This document shows, in pieces, positions 14,401-32,400 of a stretch of DNA of 64,000 nt (the first letter of the stretch is position 1; every line of letters begins with the position of its first letter). The notes beneath the pieces were generated by a model, which saw only the letters and a list, made by a program, of their open reading frames with translations, did no database searches and was not told the DNA's origin. A program made the translations under genes and the position numbers. The stretch is from Eledone cirrhosa (lineage: Eukaryota). The DNA is taken from NCBI GenBank assembly GCA_964016885.1, contig OZ024742.1, forward strand, positions 235,848,001 through 235,912,000, written 5' to 3'.

Positions 14401-17400
14401 ACCATCAACACTACATTACTACTCCACCACACCACCACACCACACCACCACTACCACGAACACTACATTACTACTCCACCACACCACCACACCACACCAC
14501 CACTACCATCAACACTACATTACTACTCCACCACACAACCACACCACACCACCACTACCATCAACACTACATTGCTACTCCACCACACCACCACACCACA
14601 CGACCACTACCATCAACACTACATTACTACTCCACCACACAACCACACCACACCACCACTACCATCAACACTACATTACTACTCCACCACACCACCACAC
14701 CACACCACCACTACCAAGAACACTACATTACTACTCCACCACACCACCACACCACACCACCACTACCATCAACACTACATTACTACTCCACCACACCCCC
14801 ACACCACCACTACCATCAACACTACATTACTACTCCACCACACCACCACACCACACCACCACTACCATGAACACTACATTACTACTCCAACACACCACCA
14901 CACCACACCACCACTAACATCAACACTACATTACTACTCCACCACACCACCACACCACACCACCACTACCATCAACACTACATTACTACTCCACCACACC
15001 ACCACACCACACCACCACTACCAAGAACACTACATTACTACTCCACCACACCACCACACCACACCACCACTACCATCAACACTACATTACTACTCCACCA
15101 CACCACCACACCACACCACCACTACCATGAACACTACATTACTACTCCACCACACCACCACACCACACCACCACAACCATCAACACTACATAACTACTCC
15201 ACCACACCACCACACCACACCACCACTACCATCAACACTACATTACTACTCCACCACACCACCACACCACACCACCACTACCATGAACACTACATTACTA
15301 CTCCACCACACCACCACACCACACCACCACTACCATGAACACTACATTACTACTCCACCACACCACCACACCACACCACCACTACCATCAACACTACATT
15401 ACTACTCCACCACCCCACCACACCACACCCCCACAACCATCAACACTACATTACTACTCCACCACACCACCACACCACACCACCACTAACATCAACACTA
15501 CATTACTACTCCACCACACCACCACACCACACCACCTCTACCATCAACACTACATTACTACTCCACCACACCACCACCCACACCACCACTACCATGAACA
15601 CTACATTACTACTCCACCACTCCACCACACCACACCACCACAAGCATCAACACTACATTACTACTCCACCACACCACCACACCACACCACCACTACCATC
15701 AACACTACATTACTATTCCACCACTCCACAACACCACACCACCACTACCATCAACACTACATTACTACTCCACCACACCACCACACCACCACACCACACC
15801 ACCACTACCATCAACACTACATTACTGCTCCAGCACACCACACCAGCACACCACCACTACCATCAACACTACATTAATACTCCACCACACCACCACACCA
15901 CACCACCACAACCATCAACACTACATTACTACTCCACCACACCACCACAAGCATCAACACTACATTACTACTCCACCACACCACCACACCACACCACCAC
16001 TACCATCAACACTACATTACTATTCCACCACTCCACAACACCACACCACCACTACCATCAACACTACATTACTACTCCACCACACCACCACACCACCACA
16101 CCACACCACCACTACCATCAACACTACATTACTGCTCCAGCACACCACACCACCACACCACCACTACCATCAACACTACATTAATACTCCACCACACCAC
16201 CACACCACACCACCACAACCATCAACACTACATTACTACTCCACCACACCACCACTACCATCAACAGTACATTACTACTCCACCACACCACCACACCACA
16301 CCACCACTACCATGAACACTACATTACTACTCCACCACACCACCACACCACCACTACCATCAACACTACATTACTACTCCACCACACCACACCACCACTA
16401 CCAAGAACACTACATTACTACTCCACCACACCACCACACCACACCACCACTACCATCAACACTACATTACTACTCCACCACACCACCACACCACACCACC
16501 ACTACCAAGAACACTACATTACTACTCCACCACACCACCACTACCATCAACACTACTTTACTACTCCACCACACCACAACACCACACCACCACTACCATC
16601 AACACTACATTACTACTCCAGCACACCACACCACCACACCACACCACCACAACCATCAACACTACATTACTACTCCACTACACCACCACTACCATCAACA
16701 CTACATTACTACTCCACCACACCACACCACCACTACCATGAACACTACATTACTACTCCACCACACCACCACACCACCACTACCATCAACACTACATTAC
16801 TACTCCACCACACCACCACACCACACCACCACTACCACGAACACTACATTACTACTCCACAACACCACACCACCACTACCATCAACACTACATTACTACT
16901 CCACCACACCACCACACCACACCACCACTACCATCAACACTACATTACTACTCCACCACACCACCACACCACACCACCACTACCACGAACACTACATTAC
17001 TACTCCACAACACCACACCACCACTACCATCAACACTACATTACTACTCCACCACACCACCACACCACACCACCACTACCATCAACACTACATTACAACT
17101 CCACCACACCACACCACCACTACCAAGAACACTACATTACTACTCCACCACACCACCACACCACACCACCACTACCATCAACACTACATTACTACTCCAC
17201 CACACCACCACACCACACCACCACTATCAAGAACACTACATTACTACTCCACCACACCACCACACCACCACTACCATCAACACTACATTGCTACTCCACC
17301 ACACCACCACACCACACCACCACTACCATGAACACTACATTACTACTCCACCACACCACCACACCACCACTACCATCAACACTACATTACTACTCCACCA

Positions 17401-20400
17401 CACCACCACACCACCACTACCATCAACACTACATTACTACTCTACCACACCACCACACCACACTACCACTATCATCAACACTACATTACTACTCCACCAC
17501 ACCACCACACCACACTACCACTACCATCAACACTACATTACTACTCCACCACACCACCACACCACACTACCACTACCATCAACGCTACATTACTACTCCA
17601 CCACACCACCACACCACCACTACCATCAACACTACATTACTACTCCACCACACCACCACACCACCACTACCATCAACAATACATTACTACTCCACCACAC
17701 CACCACACCACCACTACCATCAACACTACATTACTACTCCACCACACCACCACACCACCACTACCATCAACACTACATTACTATTCCACCACACCACCAC
17801 ACCACCACACCACACTACCACTACCATCAACACTACATTAGTTCTCCACCACACCACCACACCACACCACCACTACCATCAACACTACATTACTACTCCA
17901 CCACACCACCACACCACACCACCACTACCAAGAACACTACATTACTACTCCACCACACCACCACACCACACCACCACTACCATCAACACTACATTACTAC
18001 TCCACCACACCCCCACACCACCACTACCATCAACACTACATTACTACTCCACCACACCCCCACACCACCACTACCATCAACACTACATTACTACTCCACC
18101 ACACCACCACACCACACCACCACTACCATGAACACTACATTACTACTCCAACACACCACCACACCACACCACCACTAACATCAACACTACATTACTACTC
18201 CACCACACCACCACACCACACCACCACTACCATCAACACTACATTACTACTCCACCACACCACCACACCACACCACCACTACCAAGAACACTACATTACT
18301 ACTCCACCACACCACCACACCACACCACCACACCACACCACCACTACCATCAACACTACATTACTACTCCACCACACCACCACACCACACCACCACTACC
18401 ATGAACACTACATTACTACTCCACCACACCACCACACCACACCACCACAACCATCAACACTACATAACTACTCCACCACACCACCACACCACACCACCAC
18501 TACCATCAACACTACATTACTACTCCACCACACCACCACACCACACCACCACTACCATGAACACTACATTACTACTCCACCACACCACCACACCACACCA
18601 CCACTACCATGAACACTACATTACTACTCCACCACACCACCACACCACACCACCACTACCATCAACACTACATTACTACTCCACCACCCCACCACACCAC
18701 ACCCCCACAACCATCAACACTACATTACTACTCCACCACACCACCACACCACACCACCACTAACATCAACACTACATTACTACTCCACCACACCACCACA
18801 CCACACCACCTCTACCATCAACACTACATTACTACTCCACCACACCACCACCCACACCACCACTACCATGAACACTACATTACTACTCCACCACTCCACC
18901 ACACCACACCACCACAAGCATCAACACTACATTACTACTCCACCACACCACCACACCACACCACCACTACCATCAACACTACATTACTATTCCACCACTC
19001 CACAACACCACACCACCACTACCATCAACACTACATTACTACTCCACCACACCACCACACCACCACACCACACCACCACTACCATCAACACTACATTACT
19101 GCTCCAGCACACCACACCAGCACACCACCACTACCATCAACACTACATTAATACTCCACCACACCACCACACCACACCACCACAACCATCAACACTACAT
19201 TACTACTCCACCACACCACCACAAGCATCAACACTACATTACTACTCCACCACACCACCACACCACACCACCACTACCATCAACACTACATTACTATTCC
19301 ACCACTCCACAACACCACACCACCACTACCATCAACACTACATTACTACTCCACCACACCACCACACCACCACACCACACCACCACTACCATCAACACTA
19401 CATTACTGCTCCAGCACACCACACCACCACACCACCACTACCATCAACACTACATTAATACTCCACCACACCACCACACCACACCACCACAACCATCAAC
19501 ACTACATTACTACTCCACCACACCACCACTACCATCAACAGTACATTACTACTCCACCACACCACCACACCACACCACCACTACCATGAACACTACATTA
19601 CTACTCCACCACACCACCACACCACCACTACCATCAACACTACATTACTACTCCACCACACCACACCACCACTACCAAGAACACTACATTACTACTCCAC
19701 CACACCACCACACCACACCACCACTACCATCAACACTACATTACTACTCCACCACACCACCACACCACACCACCACTACCAAGAACACTACATTACTACT
19801 CCACCACACCACCACTACCATCAACACTACTTTACTACTCCACCACACCACCACACCACACCACCACTACCATCAACACTACATTACTACTCCAGCACAC
19901 CACACCACCACACCACACCACCACAACCATCAACACTACATTACTACTCCACTACACCACCACTACCATCAACACTACATTACTACTCCACCACACCACA
20001 CCACCACTACCATGAACACTACATTACTACTCCACCACACCACCACACCACCACTACCATCAACACTACATTACTACTCCACCACACCACCACACCACAC
20101 CACCACTACCACGAACACTACATTACTACTCCACAACACCACACCACCACTACCATCAACACTACATTACTACTCCACCACACCACCACACCACACCACC
20201 ACTACCATCAACACTACATTACTACTCCACCACACCACCACACCACACCACCACTACCATGAACACTACATTACTACTCCACCACACCACCAAACCACAC
20301 CACCACTACCATCAACACTACATTACAACTCCACCACACCACACCACCACTACCAAGAACACTACATTACTACTCCACCACACCACCACACCACACCACT

Positions 20401-23400
20401 ACTACCATCAACACTACATTACTACTCCACCACACCACCACACCACACCACCACTATCAAGAACACTACATTACTACTCCACCACACCACCACACCACCA
20501 CTACCATCAACACTACATTGCTACTCCACCACACCACCACACCACACCACCACTACCATGAACACTACATTACTACTCCACCACACCACCACACCACCAC
20601 TACCATCAACACTACATTACTACTCCACCACACCACCACACCACACCACCACTACCATCAACACTACATTACTACTCTACCACACCACCACACCACACTA
20701 CCACTATCATCAACACTACATTACTACTCCACCACACCACCACACCACACTACCACTACCATCAACACTACATTACTACTCCACCACACCACCACACCAC
20801 ACTACCACTACCATCAACGCTACATTACTACTCCACCACACCACCACACCACCACTACCATCAACACTACATTACTACTCCACCACACCACCACACCACC
20901 ACTACCATCAACAATACATTACTACTCCACCACACCACCACACCACCACTACCATCAACACTACATTACTACTCCACCACACCACCACACCACCACTACC
21001 ATCAACACTACATTACTATTCCACCACACCACCACACCACCACACCACACTACCACTACCATCAACACTACATTAGTTCTCCACCACACCACCACACCAC
21101 ACCACCACTACCATCAACACTACATTACTACTCCACCACTCCACCACACCACCACTACTATCAACACTACATTACTACTCCACCACACCACCACACCACA
21201 CTACCACTACCATCAACACTACATTACTTCTCCACCACACCACCACACCACCACTACCATCAACACTACATTACTACTACACCACACCACCTCACCACAC
21301 CACCACTACCACGAACACTACATTACTACTCCAGCACACCACCACACCACACCAGCACTCCCATCAACACTACATTAATACTACACCACACCACCACACC
21401 ACCACTACCATCAACACTGCATTACTACGCCACCACACCACCACACCACCACACCACCACTACCATCAACACTACATTACTACTCCACCACACCACCACA
21501 CCACCACTACCATCAACACTACATTACTACTCCACCACACCACCACACCACACCACCACTACCATCAACACGACATTACTACTCCACCACACCACTACAC
21601 CACACCACCACTAGCATCAACACTACATTACTACTCAACCACACTACGACACCACACCACCACTACCATCAACACTACATTACTATTCCACCACTCCACA
21701 ACACCACACCACCACTACCATCAACACTACATTACTACTCCACCACACCACCACACCACCACACCACACCACCACTACCATCAACACTACATTACTGCTC
21801 CAGCACACCACACCACCACACCACCACTACCATCAACACTACATTAATACTCCACCACACCACCACACCACACCACCACAACCATCAACACTACATTACT
21901 ACTCCACCACACCACCACACCACCACTACCATCAACACTACATTACTACTCCACCACACCACACCACCACTACCAAGAACACTACATTACTACTCCACCA
22001 CACCACCACACCACACCACCACTACCATCAACACTACATTACTACTCCACCACACCACCACACCACACCACCACTACCAAGAACACTACATTACTACTCC
22101 ACCACACCACCACTACCATCAACACTACTTTACTACTCCACCACACCACCACACCACACCACCACTACCATCAACACTACATTACTACTCCAGCACACCA
22201 CACCACCACACCACACCACCACAACCATCAACACTACATTACTACTCCACTACACCACCACTACCATCAACACTACATTACTACTCCACCACACCACACC
22301 ACCACTACCATGAACACTACATTACTACTCCACCACACCACCACACCACCACTACCATCAACACTACATTACTACTCCACCACACCACCACACCACACCA
22401 CCACTACCACGAACACTACATTACTACTCCACAACACCACACCACCACTACCATCAACACTACATTACTACTCCACCACACCACCACACCACACCACCAC
22501 TACCATCAACACTACATTACTACTCCACCACACCACCACACCACACCACCACTACCATGAACACTACATTACTACTCCACCACACCACCAAACCACACCA
22601 CCACTACCATCAACACTACATTACAACTCCACCACACCACACCACCACTACCAAGAACACTACATTACTACTCCACCACACCACCACACCACACCACCAC
22701 TACCATCAACACTACATTACTACTCCACCACACCACCACACCACACCACCACTATCAAGAACACTACATTACTACTCCACCACACCACCACACCACCACT
22801 ACCATCAACACTACATTGCTACTCCACCACACCACCACACCACACCACCACTACCATGAACACTACATTACTACTCCACCACACCACCACACCACACTAC
22901 CACTACCATGAACACTACATTACTACTCCACCACACCACCACACCACCACTACCATCAACACTACATTACTACTCCACCACACCACCACACCACACCACC
23001 ACTACCATCAACACTACATTACTACTCTACCACACCACCACACCACACTACCACTATCATCAACACTACATTACTACTCCACCACACCACCACACCACAC
23101 TACCACTACCATCAACACTACATTACTACTCCACCACACCACCACACCACACTACCACTACCATCAACGCTACATTACTACTCCACCACACCACCACACC
23201 ACCACTACCATCAACACTACATTACTACTCCACCACACCACCACACCACCACTACCATCAACAATACATTACTACTCCACCACACCACCACACCACCACT
23301 ACCATCAACACTACATTACTACTCCACCACACCACCACACCACCACTACCATCAACACTACATTACTATTCCACCACACCACCACACCACCACACCACAC

Positions 23401-26400
23401 TACCACTACCATCAACACTACATTAGTTCTCCACCACACCACCACACCACACCACCACTACCATCAACACTACATTACTACTCCACCACACCACCACACC
23501 ACACCACCACTACCATGAACACTACATTACTACTCCACCACACCACCACACCACACCACCACTACCATCAACACTACATTACTACTCCACCACACCCCCA
23601 CACCACCACTACCATCAACACTACATTACTACTCCACCACACCACCGCACCACACCACCACTACCATCAACACTACATTACTACTCCACCACACCACCAC
23701 ACCACACCACCACTACCATGAACACTACATTACTACTCCACCACACCACCACACCACACCACCACTACCATGAACACTACATTACTACTCCACCACACCA
23801 CCACACCACACCACCACTACCATCAACACTACATTACTACTCCACCACCCCACCACACCACACCCCCACAACCATCAACACTACATTACTACTCCACCAC
23901 ACCACCACACCACACCACCACTAACATCAACACTACATTACTACTCCACCACACCACCACACCACACCACCTCTACCATCAACACTACATTACTACTCCA
24001 CCACACCACCACCCACACCACCACTACCATGAACACTACATTACTACTCCACCACTCCACCACACCACACCACCACAAGCATCAACACTACATTACTACT
24101 CCACCACACCACCACACCACACCACCACTACCATCAACACTACATTACTATTCCACCACTCCACAACACCACACCACCACTACCATCAACACTACATTAC
24201 TACTCCACCACACCACCACACCACCACACCACACCACCACTACCATCAACACTACATTACTGCTCCAGCACACCACACCAGCACACCACCACTACCATCA
24301 ACACTACATTAATACTCCACCACACCACCACACCACACCACCACAACCATCAACACTACATTACTACTCCACCACACCACCACAAGCATCAACACTACAT
24401 TACTACTCCACCACACCACCACACCACACCACCACTACCATCAACACTACATTACTATTCCACCACTCCACAACACCACACCACCACTACCATCAACACT
24501 ACATTACTACTCCACCACACCACCACACCACCACACCACACCACCACTACCATCAACACTACATTACTGCTCCAGCACACCACACCACCACACCACCACT
24601 ACCATCAACACTACATTAATACTCCACCACACCACCACACCACACCACCACAACCATCAACACTACATTACTACTCCACCACACCACCACTACCATCAAC
24701 AGTACATTACTACTCCACCACACCACCACACCACACCACCACTACCATGAACACTACATTACTACTCCACCACACCACCACACCACCACTACCATCAACA
24801 CTACATTACTACTCCACCACACCACACCACCACTACCAAGAACACTACATTACTACTCCACCACACCACCACACCACACCACCACTACCATCAACACTAC
24901 ATTACTACTCCACCACACCACCACACCACACCACCACTACCAAGAACACTACATTACTACTCCACCACACCACCACTACCATCAACACTACTTTACTACT
25001 CCACCACACCACCACACCACACCACCACTACCATCAACACTACATTACTACTCCAGCACACCACACCACCACACCACACCACCACAACCATCAACACTAC
25101 ATTACTACTCCACTACACCACCACTACCATCAACACTACATTACTACTCCACCACACCACACCACCACTACCATGAACACTACATTACTACTCCACCACA
25201 CCACCACACCACCACTACCATCAACACTACATTACTACTCCACCACACCACCACACCACACCACCACTACCACGAACACTACATTACTACTCCACAACAC
25301 CACACCACCACTACCATCAACACTACATTACTACTCCACCACACCACCACACCACACCACCACTACCATCAACACTACATTACTACTCCACCACACCACC
25401 ACACCACACCACCACTACCATGAACACTACATTACTACTCCACCACACCACCAAACCACACCACCACTACCATCAACACTACATTACAACTCCACCACAC
25501 CACACCACCACTACCAAGAACACTACATTACTACTCCACCACACCACCACACCACACCACCACTACCATCAACACTACATTACTACTCCACCACACCACC
25601 ACACCACACCACCACTATCAAGAACACTACATTACTACTCCACCACACCACCACACCACCACTACCATCAACACTACATTGCTACTCCACCACACCACCA
25701 CACCACACCACCACTACCATGAACACTACATTACTACTCCACCACACCACCACACCACCACTACCATCAACACTACATTACTACTCCACCACACCACCAC
25801 ACCACACCACCACTACCATCAACACTACATTACTACTCTACCACACCACCACACCACACTACCACTATCATCAACACTACATTACTACTCCACCACACCA
25901 CCACACCACACTACCACTACCATCAACACTACATTACTACTCCACCACACCACCACACCACACTACCACTACCATCAACGCTACATTACTACTCCACCAC
26001 ACCACCACACCACCACTACCATCAACACTACATTACTACTCCACCACACCACCACACCACCACTACCATCAACAATACATTACTACTCCACCACACCACC
26101 ACACCACCACTACCATCAACACTACATTACTACTCCACCACACCACCACACCACCACTACCATCAACACTACATTACTATTCCACCACACCACCACACCA
26201 CCACACCACACTACCACTACCATCAACACTACATTAGTTCTCCACCACACCACCACACCACACCACCACTACCATCAACACTACATTACTACTCCACCAC
26301 TCCACCACACCACCACTACTATCAACACTACATTACTACTCCACCACACCACCACACCACACTACCACTACCATCAACACTACATTACTTCTCCACCACA

Positions 26401-29400
26401 CCACCACACCACCACTACCATCAACACTACATTACTACTACACCACACCACCTCACCACACCACCACTACCACGAACACTACATTACTACTCCAGCACAC
26501 CACCACACCACACCAGCACTCCCATCAACACTACATTAATACTACACCACACCACCACACCACCACTACCATCAACACTGCATTACTACGCCACCACACC
26601 ACCACACCACCACACCACCACTACCATCAACACTACATTACTACTCCACCACACCACCACACCACCACTACCATCAACACTACATTACTACTCCACCACA
26701 CCACCACACCACACCACCACTACCATCAACACGACATTACTACTCCACCACACCACTACACCACACCACCACTAGCATCAACACTACATTACTACTCAAC
26801 CACACTACGACACCACACCACCACTACCATCAACACTACATTACTACTCCACCACACCACCACACCACCACTAACACCAACACTACATTACTACTCCACC
26901 ACTCCACAACACCACCACTACCATCAACACTACATTACTACTCCACCACACCACCACACCCCACCACCACTACCATCAACACTACATTACTACTCCACCA
27001 CACCACCAAACCACACCACCACTACCATCAACACTACATTACTACTCCACCACACCACCACACCACACCACCAATACCATCAACACTACATTACTACTAC
27101 ACCACACCACCACACCACCACTACCACGAACACTACATTACTACTCCACCACACCACCACACCACACCACCACTACCATGAACACTACATTACTACTCCA
27201 CCACACCACCAAACCACCACTACAACGAACACTACATTACTACTCCACCACACCACCATACCACACCACCACTACCATGAACACTACATTACTACTCCAC
27301 CACACCACCACACCACCACTACCACGAACACTACATTACTACTCCACCACACCACACCACACCACCACACCACCACTACCACGAACACTGCATTACTACT
27401 CCACCACACCACACCACCACTACCATCAACACTACATTACTACTCCACCACACCACCACACCACACCACCACTACCACGAACACTACATTACTACTCCAC
27501 CACGCCACCACACCACAACACCACTACCATCAACACTACATCACTACTCCACCACACCACAACACCACACCACCACTACCATCAACACTACATTACTACT
27601 CCACCACTCCACCACACCACCACTAATATCAACACTACATTACTACTCCACCACTCCACCACACCACCACTACCATCAACACTACATTACTACTCCACCA
27701 CACCACCACACCACACCACCACTACCATGAACACTACATTACTACTCCACCACACCCCACACCACACCACACCACCACTACCATCAACACTATATTACTA
27801 CTCCACCACTCCACCACACCACACCACCACTACCACGAACACTACATTACTACTCCAGCACACCACCACACCACACCACCACTACCATGAACACTACATT
27901 ACTACTCCAGCACACCACCACACCACACCACCACTACCATCAACACTACATTACTACTCCACCACACCACCACACCACACCACCACTACCACGAACACTG
28001 CATTACTACTCCACCACACCACCACACCACTACCATCAACACTACATTACTACTCCACCACACCACCACACCACACCACCAATACCACGAACACTACATT
28101 ACTACTCCACCACACCACCACACCACAACACCACTACCATCAACACTAGATTACTAATCCACCACACCACCATACCACACCACCACTACCATCAACACTA
28201 CATTACTACTCCACCACACCACCACACCACACCACCACTACCATCAACAATACATTACTACTCCACCACACCACCACACCACACCACCACTACCACAAAC
28301 ATTACATTACTACTCCACCACACCACACCACCACTACCATCAACACTACATTACTACTCCACCACACCACACCACCACACCACCACTACCATCAACACTA
28401 CATTACTACTCCACCACACCAGCACACCACACCACCTCTACCATGAACACTACATTACTACTCCACCACACCACCACACCACACCACCACTACCATCAAC
28501 ACTACATTACTACTCCACCACACCACCACACCACAACACCACTACCAAGAACACGGCATACTACTCCACCACACCACCACACCACACCACCACTACCAAG
28601 AACACTACATTACTACTCCACCACACCACCACACCACACCACCACTACCATCAACACTACATTACTACTCCACCACACCACCACACCACACCACCACTAC
28701 CAAGAACACTACATTACTACTCCACCACACCACCACACCACTACCATCAACACTACATTACTACTCCACCACACCACCACACCACACCACAACACCACAC
28801 CACCACACCACACTACCACTACCATCAATACTACATTACTACTCCACCACACCACCACACCACACTACCACTACCATCGACACTACATAACTACTCCACC
28901 ACACCACCACACCACACCAGCACTACCATCAACACTACATTACTACTCCACCACACCGCACACCACACCACCACTACCAAGAACACTATATTACTACTCC
29001 ACCACACCACCACACCACACCACCACTACCATCAACACTACATTACTAATCCACCACACCCCTCACACACCACCACTACCAAGAACACTACATTACTACT
29101 CCACCACACCCCACACCACACCACCACTACCATCAACACTACATTACTACTCCACCACACCCCACACCACACGACCACTACCAAGAACACTACATTACTA
29201 CTCCACCACACCACCACACCACACTACCACTACCAAGAACACTACATTACTACTCCACCACACCACACCACCACTACCATCAACACTACATTACTACTCC
29301 ACCACACCACCACACTACCACTACCATGAACACTACATTACTACTCCACCACACCCCTCACCACACCACCACTACCAAGAACACTACATTACTACTCAAC

Positions 29401-32400
29401 CACAGAACCACACCACACCACCACTACCAAGAACACTACGTTACTACTCAACCACACCACCACACCACACGACCACTACCATCAACACTACATTACTACT
29501 CCACCACACCCCACACCACACCACAACTACCAAGAACACTACGTTACTACTCCACCACACCACCACACCACAACTACCAAGAACACTACATTACTACTCC
29601 ACCACACCACCACACCACACTACCACTACCATCAACACTACATTACTACTCCACCACACCACCACACCACACCACAACTACCAAGAACACTACGTTACTA
29701 CTCCACCACACCACCACACCACAACTACCAAGAACACTACATTACTACGCCACCACACCACCACACCACACTACCACTACCATCAACACTACATTACTAC
29801 TCCACCACACCACACCACCACACCACAACTACCAAGAACACTACATTACTACTCCACCACACCACCACACCACAACTACCAAGAACACTACATTACTACG
29901 CCACCACACCACCACACCACACCACCACTACCATCAACACTACATTACTACTCCACCACACCACCACACCACACTACCACTACCATCAACACTACATTAC
30001 TACTCCACCATACCACCACACCACACCACCACTACCAAGAACACTACATTACTACTCCACCACACCACCACACCACACTACCACTACCATCAACACTACA
30101 TTACTACTCCACCACACCACCACACCACACCACCACTACCAAGAACACTACATTACTACTCCACCACACCACCACACCACACTACCACTACCATCAACAC
30201 TACATTACTACTCCACCACACCACCACACCACACCACCACTACCAAGAACACTACATTACTACTCCACCACACCACCACACAAAACCACCACTACCATCA
30301 ACACTACATTACTACTCAACCACACCACCACACCACACCACCACTACCATCAACACTACATTACTACTCCACCACACCGCACACCACACCACCACTACCA
30401 TCAACACTACATTACTACTCCACCACACCACCACACCACACCACCACTACCAAGAACACTACATTACTACTCCACCACACCACCACACCACACTACCACT
30501 ACCATCAACACTACATTACTACTCCACCACACCACCACACCACACCACCACTACCAAGAACACTACATTACTACTCCATCACACCACCACACCACACTAC
30601 CACTACCATCAACACTACATTACTACTCCACCACACCACCACACCACACCACCACTACCAAGAACACTACGTTACTACTCAACCACACCACCACACCACA
30701 CCACCACTACCAAGTACACTACATTACTACTCCACCACACCACCACACCACACTACCACTACCATCAACACTACATTACTACTCCACCACACCACCACAC
30801 CACACCACCACTACCAAGAACACTACATTACTACTCCACCACACCACCACACCACACCACCACTACCAAGAACACTACATTACTACTCAACCACACCACC
30901 ACACCACACCACCACTACCATCAACACTACATTACTACTCCACCACACCACCACACCACACCACCACTACCATGAACACTACATTACTACTCCACCACAC
31001 CACCACACCACACCACCACTACCAAGAACACTACATTACTACTCAACCACACCACAACACCACACCACCACTACCATCAACACTACATTACTACTCCACC
31101 ACACCACCACACCACACCACCACTACCATCAACACTACATTACTACTCCACCACACCACCACACCACACTACCACTACCATCAACACTACATTACTACTC
31201 CACCACACCACCACACCACACGACCACTACCATGAACACTACATTACTACTCCACCACACCACCACACCACACCACCACTACCATCAACACTACATTACT
31301 ACTCCACCACACCACCACACCACCACTACCATCAACACTACATTACTACTCCACCACACCACCACACCACACTACCACTACCATCAACACTACATTACTA
31401 CTCAACCACACCACAACACCACACCACCACTACCATCAACACTACATTACTACTCCACCACACCACCACACCACACCACCACTACCATCAACACTACATT
31501 ACTACTCCACCACACCACCACACCACACTACCACTACCATCAACACTACATTACTACTCCACCACACCACCACACCACACTACCACTACCATCGACACTA
31601 CATAACTACTCCACCACACCACCACACCACACCAGCACTACCATCAACACTACATTACTACTCCACCACACCCCACACCACACCACCACTACCAAGAACA
31701 CTATATTACTACTCCACCACACCACCACACCACACCACCACTACCATCGACACTACATAACTACTCCACCACACCACCACACCACACCAGCACTACCATC
31801 AACACTACATTACTACTCCACCACACCCCACACCACACCACCACTACCAAGAACACTATATTACTACTCCACCACACCACCACACCACACCACCACTAGC
31901 ATCAACACTACATTACTACTCCACCACACCCCTCACCACACCACCACTACCAAGAACACTACATTACTACTCCACCACACCCCACACCACACCACCACTA
32001 CCATCAACACTACATTACTACTCCACCACACCCCACACCACACGACCACTACCAAGAACACTACATTACTACTCCACCACACCACCACACCACACTACCA
32101 CTACCAAGAACACTACATTACTACTCCACCACACCACACCACCACTACCATCAACACTACATTACTACTCCACCACACCACACCACCACTACCATCAACA
32201 CTACATTAATACTCCACCACACCACCACACTACCACTACCATGAACACTACATTACTACTCCACCACACCACCACACCACACCACCACTACCATCAACAC
32301 TACATTACTACTTCACCACACCACCACACCATACCACCACTACCATCAACACTACATTACTACTCCCCCACACCACTCCACAACCCCACCACTACCATCA

